A DNA stretch of 62,338 nt, counting the filler, from Diploschistes diacapsis (lineage: Eukaryota): NCBI GenBank assembly GCA_023645945.1. It is 7 parts of 7 records of this genome, joined end to end, with 100 filler letters (N's around TTAATTAATTAA, not from the genome) between each part and the next. Parts side by side here need not be neighbours in the genome. Positions count along the whole stretch, not along the records: positions 1 to 25,033 come from JALAIB010000224.1; 6 more parts are not named here. One strand, given 5' to 3'. The position numbers and the translations under genes are program-made. Each line of letters begins with the position of its first letter. Position 1 is the stretch's first letter. The notes beneath the pieces are model-generated. The model made no database searches, was not told the DNA's origin, and saw only the letters and a list, made by a program, of their open reading frames with translations. Of this stretch, positions 1-10,635 are shown one piece after another.

Positions 1-236
1 GCCCGCGCAGGCTCGGCGCGAGCGGCGAGGGCAGGCGAGCCAGGGGGCGGCGAGGCAGCAGGCGTCGGGGCGGGCGAGGGGGCAACACCACGAGCCAGAG
101 CGGCGGAGATGGCGTCGTAAAGCATGAGGTCTTCAAGACCTAGCTCATCGTTGTCGGCGACCACATCGAACGTGGCCGCGGCGGCGGTAGGGAGGGCGGC
201 AGGGCGCGCAGGGCGAGCAAACAACGACGCGTCCAT
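1..236 (-). CDS. 5' part of an unknown Pro/Ala-rich protein running off the window edge; paralog of the RIP-mutated ORF at 58905-59681
   Basis: ATG at 236 opens a stop-free frame MDASLFARPARPAALPTAAAATFDVVADNDELGLEDLMLYDAISAALARGVAPSPAP... The segment LPTAAAATFDV resembles LPTPPPATFDI at 59.6 kb, and the upstream DNA is similar too. Confidence 0.45.
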   Translation of the reverse strand, partial: MDASLFARPARPAALPTAAAATFDVVADNDELGLEDLMLYDAISAALARGVAPSPAPTPAASPPPGSPALAARAEPAR

Positions 237-1139
237 CGCATCTAAAAAAAATTAGAAAGTTAAGATCAAAAACAAGAAAAAAAGCGTGTAATCGATCGTT
301 AAATAAACAAATGTGGCTGGAGGGAACGCTAGTTCCACAGATACTTGTGGCTGCATACAAATTAGTATGACTGAGAAAGTATCTTGAGAACCATGGTACT
401 TATCATGTAATTTATGTGTACAGTAGGCAGAATAAGACTTGCCCTTTCGTCCCCCTCCCACAGAACCCCCAGACTTATCGCAATGAATAATACCTATAAA
501 TATCAGTTCCATCAACAACCCCCCGCCGGGGATTTTTCAGGCTATTCAGGCCTTCAGGCTTTTTTGTGCCAGCGTATTGGGCGCCCGGTAGAAAAACTTC
601 TCAGAGGAGGGAGAGAGGTTCGCGTTGGGCCCTTTTTTTTTCGTTGGTTTCGGAAGTTAGTCCCCGCGCGTATGGTCCTCGCATCAACTTGTGTTATGAT
701 ATAATCGAATTTTTTTTGTTTGTTTTGGGGGGGGATCGGGTCACGTATGTACATCTATCTATACATCTATACATGTGCGCACTTCTGTTCTCGAGCTCCC
801 CCGAGGGGGAAACCCCCCGTGTGCAGGACGAGTGTTGGTGGACGGCGGAGGGAAGCTGGAGGGAAGGGTTGTGGTTATGTGGTGAGTTTCGTTGTGGGGG
901 TGGGCATAGGAGCGGGCAAGGCACTGCAGGGGACTGACTGACTGGATTACTTGTATATCCTGCATCACGTGGTTGAAAAGAATATTTTTCAAAAAGTCAT
1001 TGCATCGCAACGGGCGAATAGCCCAAGCGCGCTGCGCCGTGCTGCGCTTTATTGTCTAATCCGACACACACCTACTTGCTTGCGTAGTGAGTACTTAAAA
1101 CCCCTCTTCTTCTTCTCCGTTCTTCTTTTTCCTCCCCCT

Positions 1140-2210
1140 CTACTCATCATCCTCCTCGTCCTCATCTTCCTCCTCCCCACCTCCACCTCCCGCCTCCTCC
1201 TCATCGTCCTCATCCTCCAGCCCTGCCTCGGGATCATCCTGATCGTTCGCTGGGTCCTCATCATACTCCTCCCCTTCTTCTCCTTCCTCTTCATCCTCTA
1301 CCACCTCGGGCGCGCCCGTTGCGGCAGCCTCTTCGCCTTCCTCGCCCACGTGTTCGTCGGCTTTGGCGTCGCCGAGGGCGCCGGTTGCGGAAGCACCCGC
1401 CGCGACGGAAGAGGCGGGGCCTGTTTTGCGTTTTTTGGTTGCTGGTTGGGCCGGAGGGGCTTTAAAAAAGGGTGTTAGTTCTTAGTTCTGGCTGAAAAAG
1501 GGGCGACCAAAGCAGACTTGTAGATGTGCCTGGCGTGTGGTGTAGCTTCGTGAAAGGAAAAGGGGATAGAGGCGGGCGCGGCAGGTGGTACAGGAAGCGG
1601 TAAGTGGACAACGAGTAGGATATAGAAGCCAGAGAGAAAAGCTGTGGTAAGGTAACGCACCTTCGGCGGGCTCTTCCTCCTCAGCGCCTTCGCCTTCGGC
1701 TGGCTCGTCTCCCTCTTCTTCATGGCCGCTAGCCTCCTCGTCGTCAACTTCGGATTCTTCATACCTGATTTGTAAGTGTTAATTGACATCATTTGCCGTT
1801 GTGCAGCGGATCGCAGAAACTGTCACGGTAGGACATGAGATACGCGCCTTATGCGCGCAAAGGGTTGCGCTTGAAGCACTGAAGGCCAGTTGATGGTGCT
1901 GGGATTTGCGCGCGTGGAACGCAATGGAATGAAACATATTCCAGGCCAACTGCCGGAGCTACAGGATGCACAGCAAGAGCCATAGTGTGGAAGAAGTTAA
2001 GAAAGTGCGCCAGCAAGGAACAAGGCTGAAGCGCATGTCCTATCGCCACGAGGGAGGTATCAGGCTTTGTACAAGGTGCAAATGCGTAATTGATAGGACT
2101 TGATAAAAGCTCGAGCAAACATACTCTTCTTCCTCTTCGCTCACGTCGGAGGGAAGGGCCTGAAGCTCTTCTTCCTCCTCCTCATCCTGCTTTCTTTTCC
2201 GTGTCGACAT
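1140..2210 (-). CDS. Small highly acidic, probably nuclear protein (169 aa, 3 exons), function unknown
   Basis: Exons 2210-2125, 1764-1661 and 1459-1140 join in frame via GTATGT..CAG and GTGCGT..CTAAC..AAG introns. Product MSTRKRKQDEEEEEELQALPSDVSEEEEEYEESE...KKRKT...DEEDDE has two basic NLS-like clusters and long D/E tracts. Confidence 0.8.
1817..2050 (-). ncRNA. Candidate structured intronic RNA (snoRNA-like, family unassigned)
   Basis: Nested inverted repeats inside the 360-nt intron 1, with a closing stem followed by ACAGTT on the transcribed strand. See findings. Confidence 0.3.
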
Positions 2211-3244
2211 AGCGCTGGTGTATGGATGTGGAGATGATAGAGAAAGGGATTGCGCGTGTAGCGATCGAGCAAATGGGGTGGAATGGAGTGTTAATAGGAA
2301 GTATGAGAAGAGAGAGAGAAAGACAGAAAACAAAAGGTGATGAGGTGAGGTTGCAGCGAGGTGGGAGAAAGGGAGCGAGAGAGCTGGACAGGACAGGACA
2401 GAAGCTCCCAAAGAGCTGCGGTGCGGTGGGCCAATGATGACGAAGACGGGAACGCAGGGCTGATGCGGCCGGTACAGAGTTTGGAGAGTTTTGGCGCAGT
2501 TAAGGAGAGCTTGGTGGGCTGCTTGCAGATTTCTGGGGATCCTGGGGGTTTAGGATGGCTTTCTTGGAGCGAGCGAGCCGAAGTCAAGAGAGTCAGCCAA
2601 GGATGCAAGGGCGGGTGTGCGTGAATGAGATCGGAGGAGAGAAGCAAGCATAAAGCAACAGGGGGTGGTTGAACTCGAAGGAGGTCAGAGCCAGAGCCAG
2701 AGAGAGAGAGAGGTAGAGGAGGAAGGTGAAGAAGAATCAGGAAAAAAATACGAAATACGGGGAGGCCGTGCAAACACAGAAGTCGTTCTCCCTTTGACTC
2801 TTGGAGGGCAAGACGTCATAGACCGCAATTTGGAATAACGTTATGCCGAAGAACTCTTTTTCAGCCTGCCAGCCCCCTATTTTCTCTCACCTGTTCTACC
2901 GAGCGCTGGACTGTAGCCAGTAGTAATTCACGACCGATTGGTGGTACCAGGTATCGTCCAAGTATGGTCGAAGCCTTCTTGTATGTACATGTTGCAATTG
3001 AAAGTATATAACAGTATAGATTCCCCTATGAGCTCCCCCTTGCGCCTCGCTGGTTCTGCTCGTGTGCCTTTGAAAATGCCCTTGGACCGACAAGCGAATG
3101 CAAAGGTCTTTAATCTTTCCTTCCCGTATAAGCACCGAGTCCCGAGTCCAGGATTGGACGAAGCTCAACAATGCGACAGCACATGAGCCTCGGTAGACCT
3201 TGTAAGCCATATATCCAAGCTGCCCGCAATTCCTTTCTCTGAAC

Positions 3245-5173
3245 TCAGTGGCTTTCGTTACTGGTCTCCATGCTCGGTCTTTCCAGCTCATAAAAGAGCA
3301 AGTAGACCTCCCTCTCCATTCCTAGCACTTCTGAAGTCTTGCACTCCTTCACCTTGTCGTCGCTGATCCGCCACCACCGGTCACTGCTCTTCTTCTTCTT
3401 GCCTCTCCCCAGTTTGGTTCTGTCCACCAGACTCCTCGCCCTCGATGCTGTCGTTGCAGAGCTGTCTCTTCGACCTTCGGCCGTCGGCGCCTTATCACCA
3501 GTGGCAGCAGAAGTCTGTAATGTGCTTGCAGAGCCACGCTTTGAGAAAGGCTGTGCGTTGAGCGAGGCCGATGACGGCCGCGTGGATGGTGGTGATTGGT
3601 TGGGATCGGTGACGAGCGAGGTTCTGGAGGAGGTGGCGCTTGCCGGTTCTGCGGAATCCCCCCCACTAGAAGGCATGTTGCGGGTGGGAGAGCGTGTTCT
3701 CACGGAGTCCAGCTGTGTGGCTGTGGGCGTGGGTGTTGGTGCTTCAACTGCGGGAATCTTCGGACTTTGGATAACTGAGTGGTTAGGAGTATGGAGGTGG
3801 CTATAGGGTCCCGACTCGGGATCCACGTGCGGGGTGGAGTAAGGCGCATAGACGTGCTGCCGCCGGAAACACTCGTAGTGTCCGCTATTATGGGCTCCTT
3901 TGTGGCTGATCATACCTAGAAGCTTGTAGGTTCTCCGGTCAATGAGGCCGCCTAGAGACAGATGCTCAGGGAAGGAGACTTTCGCGAGATTCTTGGCTGA
4001 GCTGCTGTTGGGGTCGAAAATAGAGCGCGAAAGGTGGATGACTAGAATCCGAGGAAACGAGGTCATTTTGACGTGGCGTTCAATCTGGCGCGTTGGCGCA
4101 AACCTGGAGTCTGGGAGCTTGATGTCCTTTGGTGGTGTCTCGGGGTCTTCTTCGATTGCAGCTCGTATCCTATCAATCTTGGTCTGGATATTCAGTCTTG
4201 CGCTTTCGAAAGCCTCCTTCAGCAGATCCTTCTGGAAGACTGATATGGCATGCACCAGTCGACATCTATCACACTTGTAGTCATCTATGGTTTCCTTTTT
4301 GAAATACGTATCGAAACAGTGGTTGAGCGTTGTGGAGCTTATCTGCGGCACGCTCAACGTCAGCATGACAAATGAGACTGGCTTTGACTTTGGGATGAAA
4401 TGACAGTGCTGGCATTCTATCTGGGACTGAGTATGCCCTTCGAGAGGGAACCCCGCTTCTTCAATAGCGTTTAATCCTTCTTCCTCCGTCTTGTTCTCGC
4501 CGAGCTCAGCAATCGGCGGCGATAGCTGGCTATTTTGCGTCCTTATAGACAAGCTGAGCCCCCCCATCGACTCTTGAGCATATGAGTTCTTCCGCGAAAG
4601 ACTTTTGTGTGCCCGTCTCCGCGCGTCGCTCCCAGCGTGGTATTCGTCGCACACTCGCTCTGCAACCACCTGCAACAACTCTTGCGCATCTTGTTGATCC
4701 TTGCTCAAACGCGTGTCAAATGCACGCTCCAATGCCAGGATGAAGTTCCTAGCCGATATAGTTTTCTGTTTGAGCGGCCGCTCGTTCAATTGATCGAGGA
4801 TGAGCTTTAATGCTTGAGTCACCTCTCCACCCTGGAGGCTTAGAATTTTCCTCGAGTTCAAGGGTTTCTCATCTTCCTTTTGCTCTGGTAGGGTCTTGTA
4901 TATCTGGGGATCGCTGAGCTTTCTCCGATGTAACTCCCTGATTAAATAAAGTCGCAAATCTCCCAATCCTGCAAGAGCCTGAAGCACAGAGTTGATGAAG
5001 CAGTCATTAAGTGGATTCTGAAGCCCCACAACGTTCTTCCTCCGAGCACTGACTGAAGTGCTCGCAGTGCCGCTGTCGATAAGGTAATTGGGGTTGAAAA
5101 AGTAGACGAGGGCAATCGCTGCAAGCGAAGCGCTGGCAGCGTATGTTATGACAGTAATGGGTTTGTCTGGCAT
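3245..5173 (-). CDS. UBP16: Ubiquitin C-terminal hydrolase (USP/peptidase C19) with N-terminal membrane anchor, Ubp16/USP30-like
   Basis: 642-aa single-exon ORF. Cys box GLQNPLNDCFINSVLQAL, QQDAQE, two CxxC zinc-ribbon pairs, His box HKGAHNSGHY and WWRISDDKV...YLLFYE. Hydrophobic N-terminal helix ITYAASASLAAIALVYFF. Confidence 0.9.
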   Translation of the reverse strand: MPDKPITVITYAASASLAAIALVYFFNPNYLIDSGTASTSVSARRKNVVGLQNPLNDCFINSVLQALAGLGDLRLYLIRELHRRKLSDPQIYKTLPEQKEDEKPLNSRKILSLQGGEVTQALKLILDQLNERPLKQKTISARNFILALERAFDTRLSKDQQDAQELLQVVAERVCDEYHAGSDARRRAHKSLSRKNSYAQESMGGLSLSIRTQNSQLSPPIAELGENKTEEEGLNAIEEAGFPLEGHTQSQIECQHCHFIPKSKPVSFVMLTLSVPQISSTTLNHCFDTYFKKETIDDYKCDRCRLVHAISVFQKDLLKEAFESARLNIQTKIDRIRAAIEEDPETPPKDIKLPDSRFAPTRQIERHVKMTSFPRILVIHLSRSIFDPNSSSAKNLAKVSFPEHLSLGGLIDRRTYKLLGMISHKGAHNSGHYECFRRQHVYAPYSTPHVDPESGPYSHLHTPNHSVIQSPKIPAVEAPTPTPTATQLDSVRTRSPTRNMPSSGGDSAEPASATSSRTSLVTDPNQSPPSTRPSSASLNAQPFSKRGSASTLQTSAATGDKAPTAEGRRDSSATTASRARSLVDRTKLGRGKKKKSSDRWWRISDDKVKECKTSEVLGMEREVYLLFYELERPSMETSNESH

Positions 5174-5747
5174 TGCGATTTCTTGCTACCGATAATCCAT
5201 AGTGGTAAAATCTAGGAGAAAAAGGTCTGTTCATGAAAAAACACTTGTCGACGTTGACCAAACGAGATAATTGTGAGGGATAGTGACAGCTGGAACCAAC
5301 TGGTGATGAAGTAAAATAGGAATATCAAGTTTTGCTGCAAGTTGGTGATACTGGTCCTGTTAAGGTGTTGGCGCTTATTGAAACTATCACCAAAGAGGGG
5401 CGCAGAGTTTCTGAAGATTGCCGCGGCTTCTGCTACTGGCAAAATGTAGTGAGGGTGGTTCAGAGAAGTATTCTAGAGGACTTCGAGATATCAGAGATTC
5501 ACGGAAACCAATAAAGAAGGCATTGAGCCCGATCCAAGATACCATTCATTCGAGAGTGCTTTGTCTGCGGATCCAAAAGCTTACCGAGGTCGCCCTCTCC
5601 ATGCGCACAAGAAGCTTCCGATCGGCCAAAGGGATTTGCCCTATAAGGAAAATGCTTGGCGATCTAAAAGCTTTCCAGAGGCTTGAAATTCTCATAGTAT
5701 CAAGACCTCTACTACTACTTACATCTACCTTTCCCTAAAGACTCAGT

Positions 5748-6607
5748 ATGACGACCAGTTGGAGCATCCGTACACCGAGCTGTGTTTCTTGCTTGAGGAG
5801 ACTAGCATACAGCGAACCTTTAAGCCTGTCTAGCCCATTTAGAATCCAAGTCAGAGGGAAAAAGAGACTCCCACGGTCTGAGACCATTACGGTTCGACTT
5901 CTTACTGACGTTGTCAGATACGGCGGCAAAGGTAGTTATCTCTATTGCTCAGACTTCTGATCTGACCTTTTCAGGAACGGTTATCAAAGTTGCTCCTTCA
6001 CGCATGCGCAACCTTTGGTATCCGAACAAGAATGCCCAATATATGACCCAGGCCGAGGTAAAAGAAGCGAAACAACTTGATGTGATACGTGATAGAGATC
6101 CGTTTTTCGCCTCAGAGGTGAAAACAAAGGGTATCAAGAAGAGGATGAGCGATGCGCCTCAAGTCGACATTTCAATTGCAATGCTATCTGTTGGTTACAC
6201 CAAGGGTTCCACGCGCTAAATAGCTCACTATTTGATAGCCGCAACGGACGTTCCAAATCTTGGAGTCGTTGATCCCGCCCCAAATAGAGTTCTCTAGGCG
6301 GCGGATCATTCCTAGCGACGCGGCTAAAGATCAAGAACAATCCGGTGCCATCTTCGGCTCGGTATCAATTGCCGATATAGTGTCCAATATCAAAGCGCTG
6401 CTCGCGATGAGAGCTACAGAAGAAGGCAATGAAGACGCTGCACGTGTCGTTCTACAGGCGGAAGACATACGCCTCCTGCATAAAGGCCTTGCGGAAAGTG
6501 ATGAAAGCGATCGGGTCAAGACACTTGGCGAGTTCGAGATCGAGATACATCCCAAAGGAGCAGTTCCAATACAAAGATCAATAAAGGTGCGAGAGGAACA
6601 AAGCTAA
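5748..6607 (+). CDS. Mitochondrial ribosomal protein bL9m (L9 N-terminal domain), 255 aa, 3 exons
   Basis: Exons 5748-5931, 5975-6189 and 6239-6607 join in frame. Arg/Ser-rich presequence ending QVRGKK, L9 motif VRLLTDVVRYGGKG-TVIKVAPSRMRNLWYP, C-domain IFGSVS...RVKTLGEFEIEI. Confidence 0.88.
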
Positions 6608-7269
6608 ACGGTCGCAAGGAGGAGCAACCGCCATTCATGCCAGCTATATGTGGCTCGAAAATCATGCACAGATCCTATTCGAGGCCATATGAATGTCTTC
6701 TGCAGATCCCTTGCTGCACATTACTATCACTTGATAAGGGAAAGCGCTCCTAGCATCTTGGACTTGACAAATATTTGTTTTCCCTCAGGAAATTGATGGA
6801 TGCACTAGGAAAATTGTTAGCAAGAACACACTAGCTCTCGCCTGCAGACTACACTGACGTCCCTCGAGTTGCTGATGGCAGTTTTCATCAAGACGGAACT
6901 TCTTCGTACCCATTCATTAACTATATCCTAAAAATAGATTACGAGATAGGTCGCGCCTTTGTGTTGAATACCTGGGTCACGAGTATTAATAGCGTCAAAG
7001 AACTTTGATGTTGTTAGCACATTGGATGTTTTAAGTTCTATGTTGGAAATCAATGCTATACACAAAGGTCTTCGACAATGTCAAATATTCTGTTGAATGC
7101 AAAAGCTCCTTATACGCCCCCTTCTCGAAATGGTCACTTCAAGATACATTTCTGGAACTTTGTGTCAGCATAGCTATCACGAATTTTCTCGAGTCTGGCG
7201 CTGCGCGTCCTGATCTCAACTCTCCCTATCTATCTTACGCACTAGCTCTAATTTGAAGCATTTAGCACG

Positions 7270-8484
7270 ATGGCAAGGTATCGAACCCGTGGACCGCGGA
7301 AAAACCAGTTTAATTCAGACAGGCCCGACAATTTCGGACAGCATCAGAACGCCTACGGCAACAGTGGTGGCAGTAGGGGTGGCAGTAGGGGTGGCAGTAG
7401 AGTTGGCAGTAGAGGTGGCAGTAGAGGTGGCAATAGAGGTGGCAATAGAGGTGGGAACAGTGGTAACTACCTGGGTGGCTATTCACAACCAAACTGGGGC
7501 GGACATCACAACAACAACTTCTCGGATGGGAATCGACATGGTCAATTCAGAGAGAATGGTATCCAGCAGAAACAGTTCAAAAAGTACCGTGGCAAAAATC
7601 GAGGCCCTAACTCGGGCGCCTCCCAGCTTGAAAACAATCCTTTTGTACAGAGAGTTCTCGAAAAGGCAGAGGAGTTTCGCGATTACGAGCACGACATCTT
7701 TGCTGGTCCGAATGGTAGCCGAAGCCTTGACTTTAATCCACCTCCTCTACCGCCGCCCAAGTTTGGCTTCGAAAAGAACTGGAAAGAAGATGACTTCATC
7801 ATCCTCTTCATTGCTCAAGCCGTCGAGCTACAGGCAATCCATAGTCGCCTCATGAACTATCCCGAAGAGCAGCAATTAGGCGTGATAAGATACCTCTTCA
7901 CATCCGAAGTCCCGATCCATGTAGGTAAGTATGTACAAAGTGGTTACTTCTGTATCTCTCACCGGATGGACGACCTTGCACGTGATGAATCCTGGATTGC
8001 GCGTCGAATCGCTTCAGTCTTTTACAGCGAAAACACCTTTTTATTCCTAAACCCCGTCGAGCTAGCTACATTCGTCGCGACCCTGCCAGAAACCTCCAGG
8101 GCCCTCATACGCCGGGTGATCCTTGGCTCTAATGTCACTCGGCGTCCTCCAAATGAGCGGGTCTGGTATAAACCGAGTACGAACCCACAGGATTCAGTTG
8201 TTTCAGCATCGCTGAAGATGTTACCGAGAATCGAGCACCTGCTTGTGCTGCTGGGGTATGACATTGACGACCAATGGCACCGATCCATAATCGGCGAGGA
8301 CTGGATTCAGAACCATCCATATGTACCAAAGCTGTATTGGGAGCGGTTAGATTCAGAGACGAGGCCGGACTGGAGTGGCGACAAGCATGTCATGGATGTC
8401 GAGGACGTCTTAGCTTTTGCACACATGGAACTGGAGCAGCAGAAAGTAAGAGAGGACAAGCGAAGTAGGATGGAACTCGACTAG
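7270..8484 (+). CDS. Hypothetical 404-aa protein with N-terminal RGG and Gly/Asn/Gln-rich low-complexity region
   Basis: Long uninterrupted ORF. GGSRGGSRGGSRVGSRGGSRGGNRGGNRGG repeat followed by a globular-looking C-terminal half containing FYSENTF. Confidence 0.75.
   Translation: MARYRTRGPRKNQFNSDRPDNFGQHQNAYGNSGGSRGGSRGGSRVGSRGGSRGGNRGGNRGGNSGNYLGGYSQPNWGGHHNNNFSDGNRHGQFRENGIQQKQFKKYRGKNRGPNSGASQLENNPFVQRVLEKAEEFRDYEHDIFAGPNGSRSLDFNPPPLPPPKFGFEKNWKEDDFIILFIAQAVELQAIHSRLMNYPEEQQLGVIRYLFTSEVPIHVGKYVQSGYFCISHRMDDLARDESWIARRIASVFYSENTFLFLNPVELATFVATLPETSRALIRRVILGSNVTRRPPNERVWYKPSTNPQDSVVSASLKMLPRIEHLLVLLGYDIDDQWHRSIIGEDWIQNHPYVPKLYWERLDSETRPDWSGDKHVMDVEDVLAFAHMELEQQKVREDKRSRMELD
7366..7460 (+). 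repeat. 12-bp coding tandem repeat (GGTGGCAGTAGR / GGTGGCAATAGA), about 7 units
   Basis: Directly visible; encodes GGSR/GGNR. Confidence 0.9.
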
Positions 8485-9153
8485 CCCATGATGGTATGAG
8501 CAAACCTAGCATGAAAGAATGAAGATCCTTTTGGAGGAGATGTGTGGAAGAAACGATTCCCCGGTTCTGGTTGATCATTTGTTTAGGAACGATCCAAGTT
8601 TAACAGCAGGGTTGACAATAGCTTGTTACTATTTACTTGTGAAGAGCTTAGCCTGATAATTCAACCAGCCCTCTACTTCCCCCATAAGTCTAATCAATCC
8701 TGCTACTGTCAACAGAAGTAACCCTGATATATTACCAAAGAGTGTTGACTTGCCCATGAGGCCTTACCTGGTAGAACAATACATTTTCGGCCACCAGTAG
8801 CCCTTGTAGGCAACCTCTGAAGTTCTTCTTCGATAAATCGATCTCCGGAGTGAACGCAGCTGTTATTGCATGCATTATAATGGCATCTAATGTGCTTCCC
8901 GGTGACGGCTGTGACAAAATGGTATATCTAGAAGTCAGAGTTCAAAAATAACTTGATACCGCACAAAAACCCACGTGCCCCCTGCCAAAGATCGGCATCA
9001 TTCTCGAAGTGTTCCCATCATCCGTCACCGCACAACTAGAATGCCAGACCTCTTAATTACAATGGCAGCTTCTTTCATTCATCCCAGTTTCCAAATCACA
9101 GCTTCTCCTCCTGCTGTTCCAGAATCGCAACAGCAGCCCCTTCGACAACGGCT

Positions 9154-10635
9154 ATGGCGTCATCTCATCTCGCACGACCTCCATCTACGAGAGGTCAAGA
9201 TAACTCGACGTCGCCACCAGCAGAGGAGTCGTCATGGAGCAAAATCCACGACCGAGTTACATATACGCCAAAATGGGCTCGCTACGATCCAGCAAACCCC
9301 CCGAGGTTCTCGATGGCATTGAACGTCCTTTTCGGCTTCGCAGCATGTTTCACAGTCGCTAGTTTATACTACAGCCATCCAATCCTGAATGTCCTGGCCG
9401 AAGACTTTGGCGTGACTTATTACCAAGCCTCGCTTGTGCCTACATTGGCCCAAGCCGGATATGCCGCAGGCCTGTTGTTCCTATGTCCTCTTGGCGACCT
9501 CTTCAGGAGGAGAGCCTTCGTGCTCTGGCTGGTTTGGTTCACGGGGACAGTATGGATAGGACTCTGTGTGACGCACAACTTCAGTGCCTTCCTGGCCCTA
9601 ACATTCATTACCTCCGTCACCACAGTGACTCCGCAGCTCATGCTCCCGTTGGTAGGGGATCTAGCTCCTGCGCACCGGCGTGCTACGTCCCTTTCCATCG
9701 TCGTGTCTGGGCTTCTCCTAGGCATGCTAATTGCGCGCGTCCTATCAGGCGTGGTTACTCAATATACTTCCTGGCGCACGATTTATTGGATTGCTTTTGG
9801 ACTCCAGTACTTCATCCTTATCCTTTTGTGGCTCTTCATGCCGGACTATCCGCCTACAAACAGGAAACTCAACTACTTCTCCATGTTGTGGTCCATCATT
9901 ACCATTTTCTTCTCCTCCCCTGTCCTTGTCCAGGCATGCCTAGTCGGCTTCTTCATGTCCAGCACGTTCACCTCCTACTGGACCACGTTAACCTTCCTGT
10001 TGGCTGAGCCGCCCTACAACCTGCCACCATTATACATCGGACTTTTTGCCCTGATCGGTATCGGCTCCATGTCCTTTGGGCCACCGTACTCACGCCTGGT
10101 CATTGACAAACTTGTGCCTATCTTCTCGGTCATCATCGGCGAGCTCATCTGTCTGACCGGTATTGCCATCGGAACATACATCGGCACCTTCACAATTGCC
10201 GGGCCTGTCATCGAGGCAATCGCCATGGATATTGGTCTGCAAACCAGTCAGATAGCCAATCGCAGTGCAATCTATTCGATCAGACCAGACGCACGGAACC
10301 GAGTCAATACTGCATACATGGTCAGCGTGTTCTGCGGCCAGCTCATGGGAACGGCTGTGGGTAATAGCCTGTTTTCCGAAGGAGGGTGGATAAAGAGCGG
10401 AAGCGCAAACGTGGGCTTCGTTGGAGCTGCGCTTCTAGTATCTCTTCTAAGAGGACCATGGGAGAAAGGATGGATCGGGTGGAAAGGCGGTTGGGGGCTA
10501 AGGAGGAGAGATTTGAAGAAAGAAGCGAAGAAGGATGAGGAAGCCCCACGATTAGACGCGCAGAATGCGGCAGCTGAAGAGGTCGGCGAGATTGAGGGCA
10601 GTAGTGATGCGGAGAAAACATCGGACGGGAGGTAG
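9154..10635 (+). CDS. Major facilitator superfamily transporter (YnfM/YgaY-like), 493 aa
   Basis: About 12 hydrophobic segments. Family-type motifs TVASLYYSHPIL, QAGYAAGLLFLCPLGDLFRRR (motif A), SGLLLGMLIARVLSG and ARNRVNTAYM. Confidence 0.92.
   Translation: MASSHLARPPSTRGQDNSTSPPAEESSWSKIHDRVTYTPKWARYDPANPPRFSMALNVLFGFAACFTVASLYYSHPILNVLAEDFGVTYYQASLVPTLAQAGYAAGLLFLCPLGDLFRRRAFVLWLVWFTGTVWIGLCVTHNFSAFLALTFITSVTTVTPQLMLPLVGDLAPAHRRATSLSIVVSGLLLGMLIARVLSGVVTQYTSWRTIYWIAFGLQYFILILLWLFMPDYPPTNRKLNYFSMLWSIITIFFSSPVLVQACLVGFFMSSTFTSYWTTLTFLLAEPPYNLPPLYIGLFALIGIGSMSFGPPYSRLVIDKLVPIFSVIIGELICLTGIAIGTYIGTFTIAGPVIEAIAMDIGLQTSQIANRSAIYSIRPDARNRVNTAYMVSVFCGQLMGTAVGNSLFSEGGWIKSGSANVGFVGAALLVSLLRGPWEKGWIGWKGGWGLRRRDLKKEAKKDEEAPRLDAQNAAAEEVGEIEGSSDAEKTSDGR

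Noticed and set aside
1855..1945. Intron structure as telomerase RNA, snR30/U17 or a TPP riboswitch
   Set aside because: No full TAACCCTAA template, no m1/m2 motif pair on the transcribed strand, and no TPP aptamer consensus.
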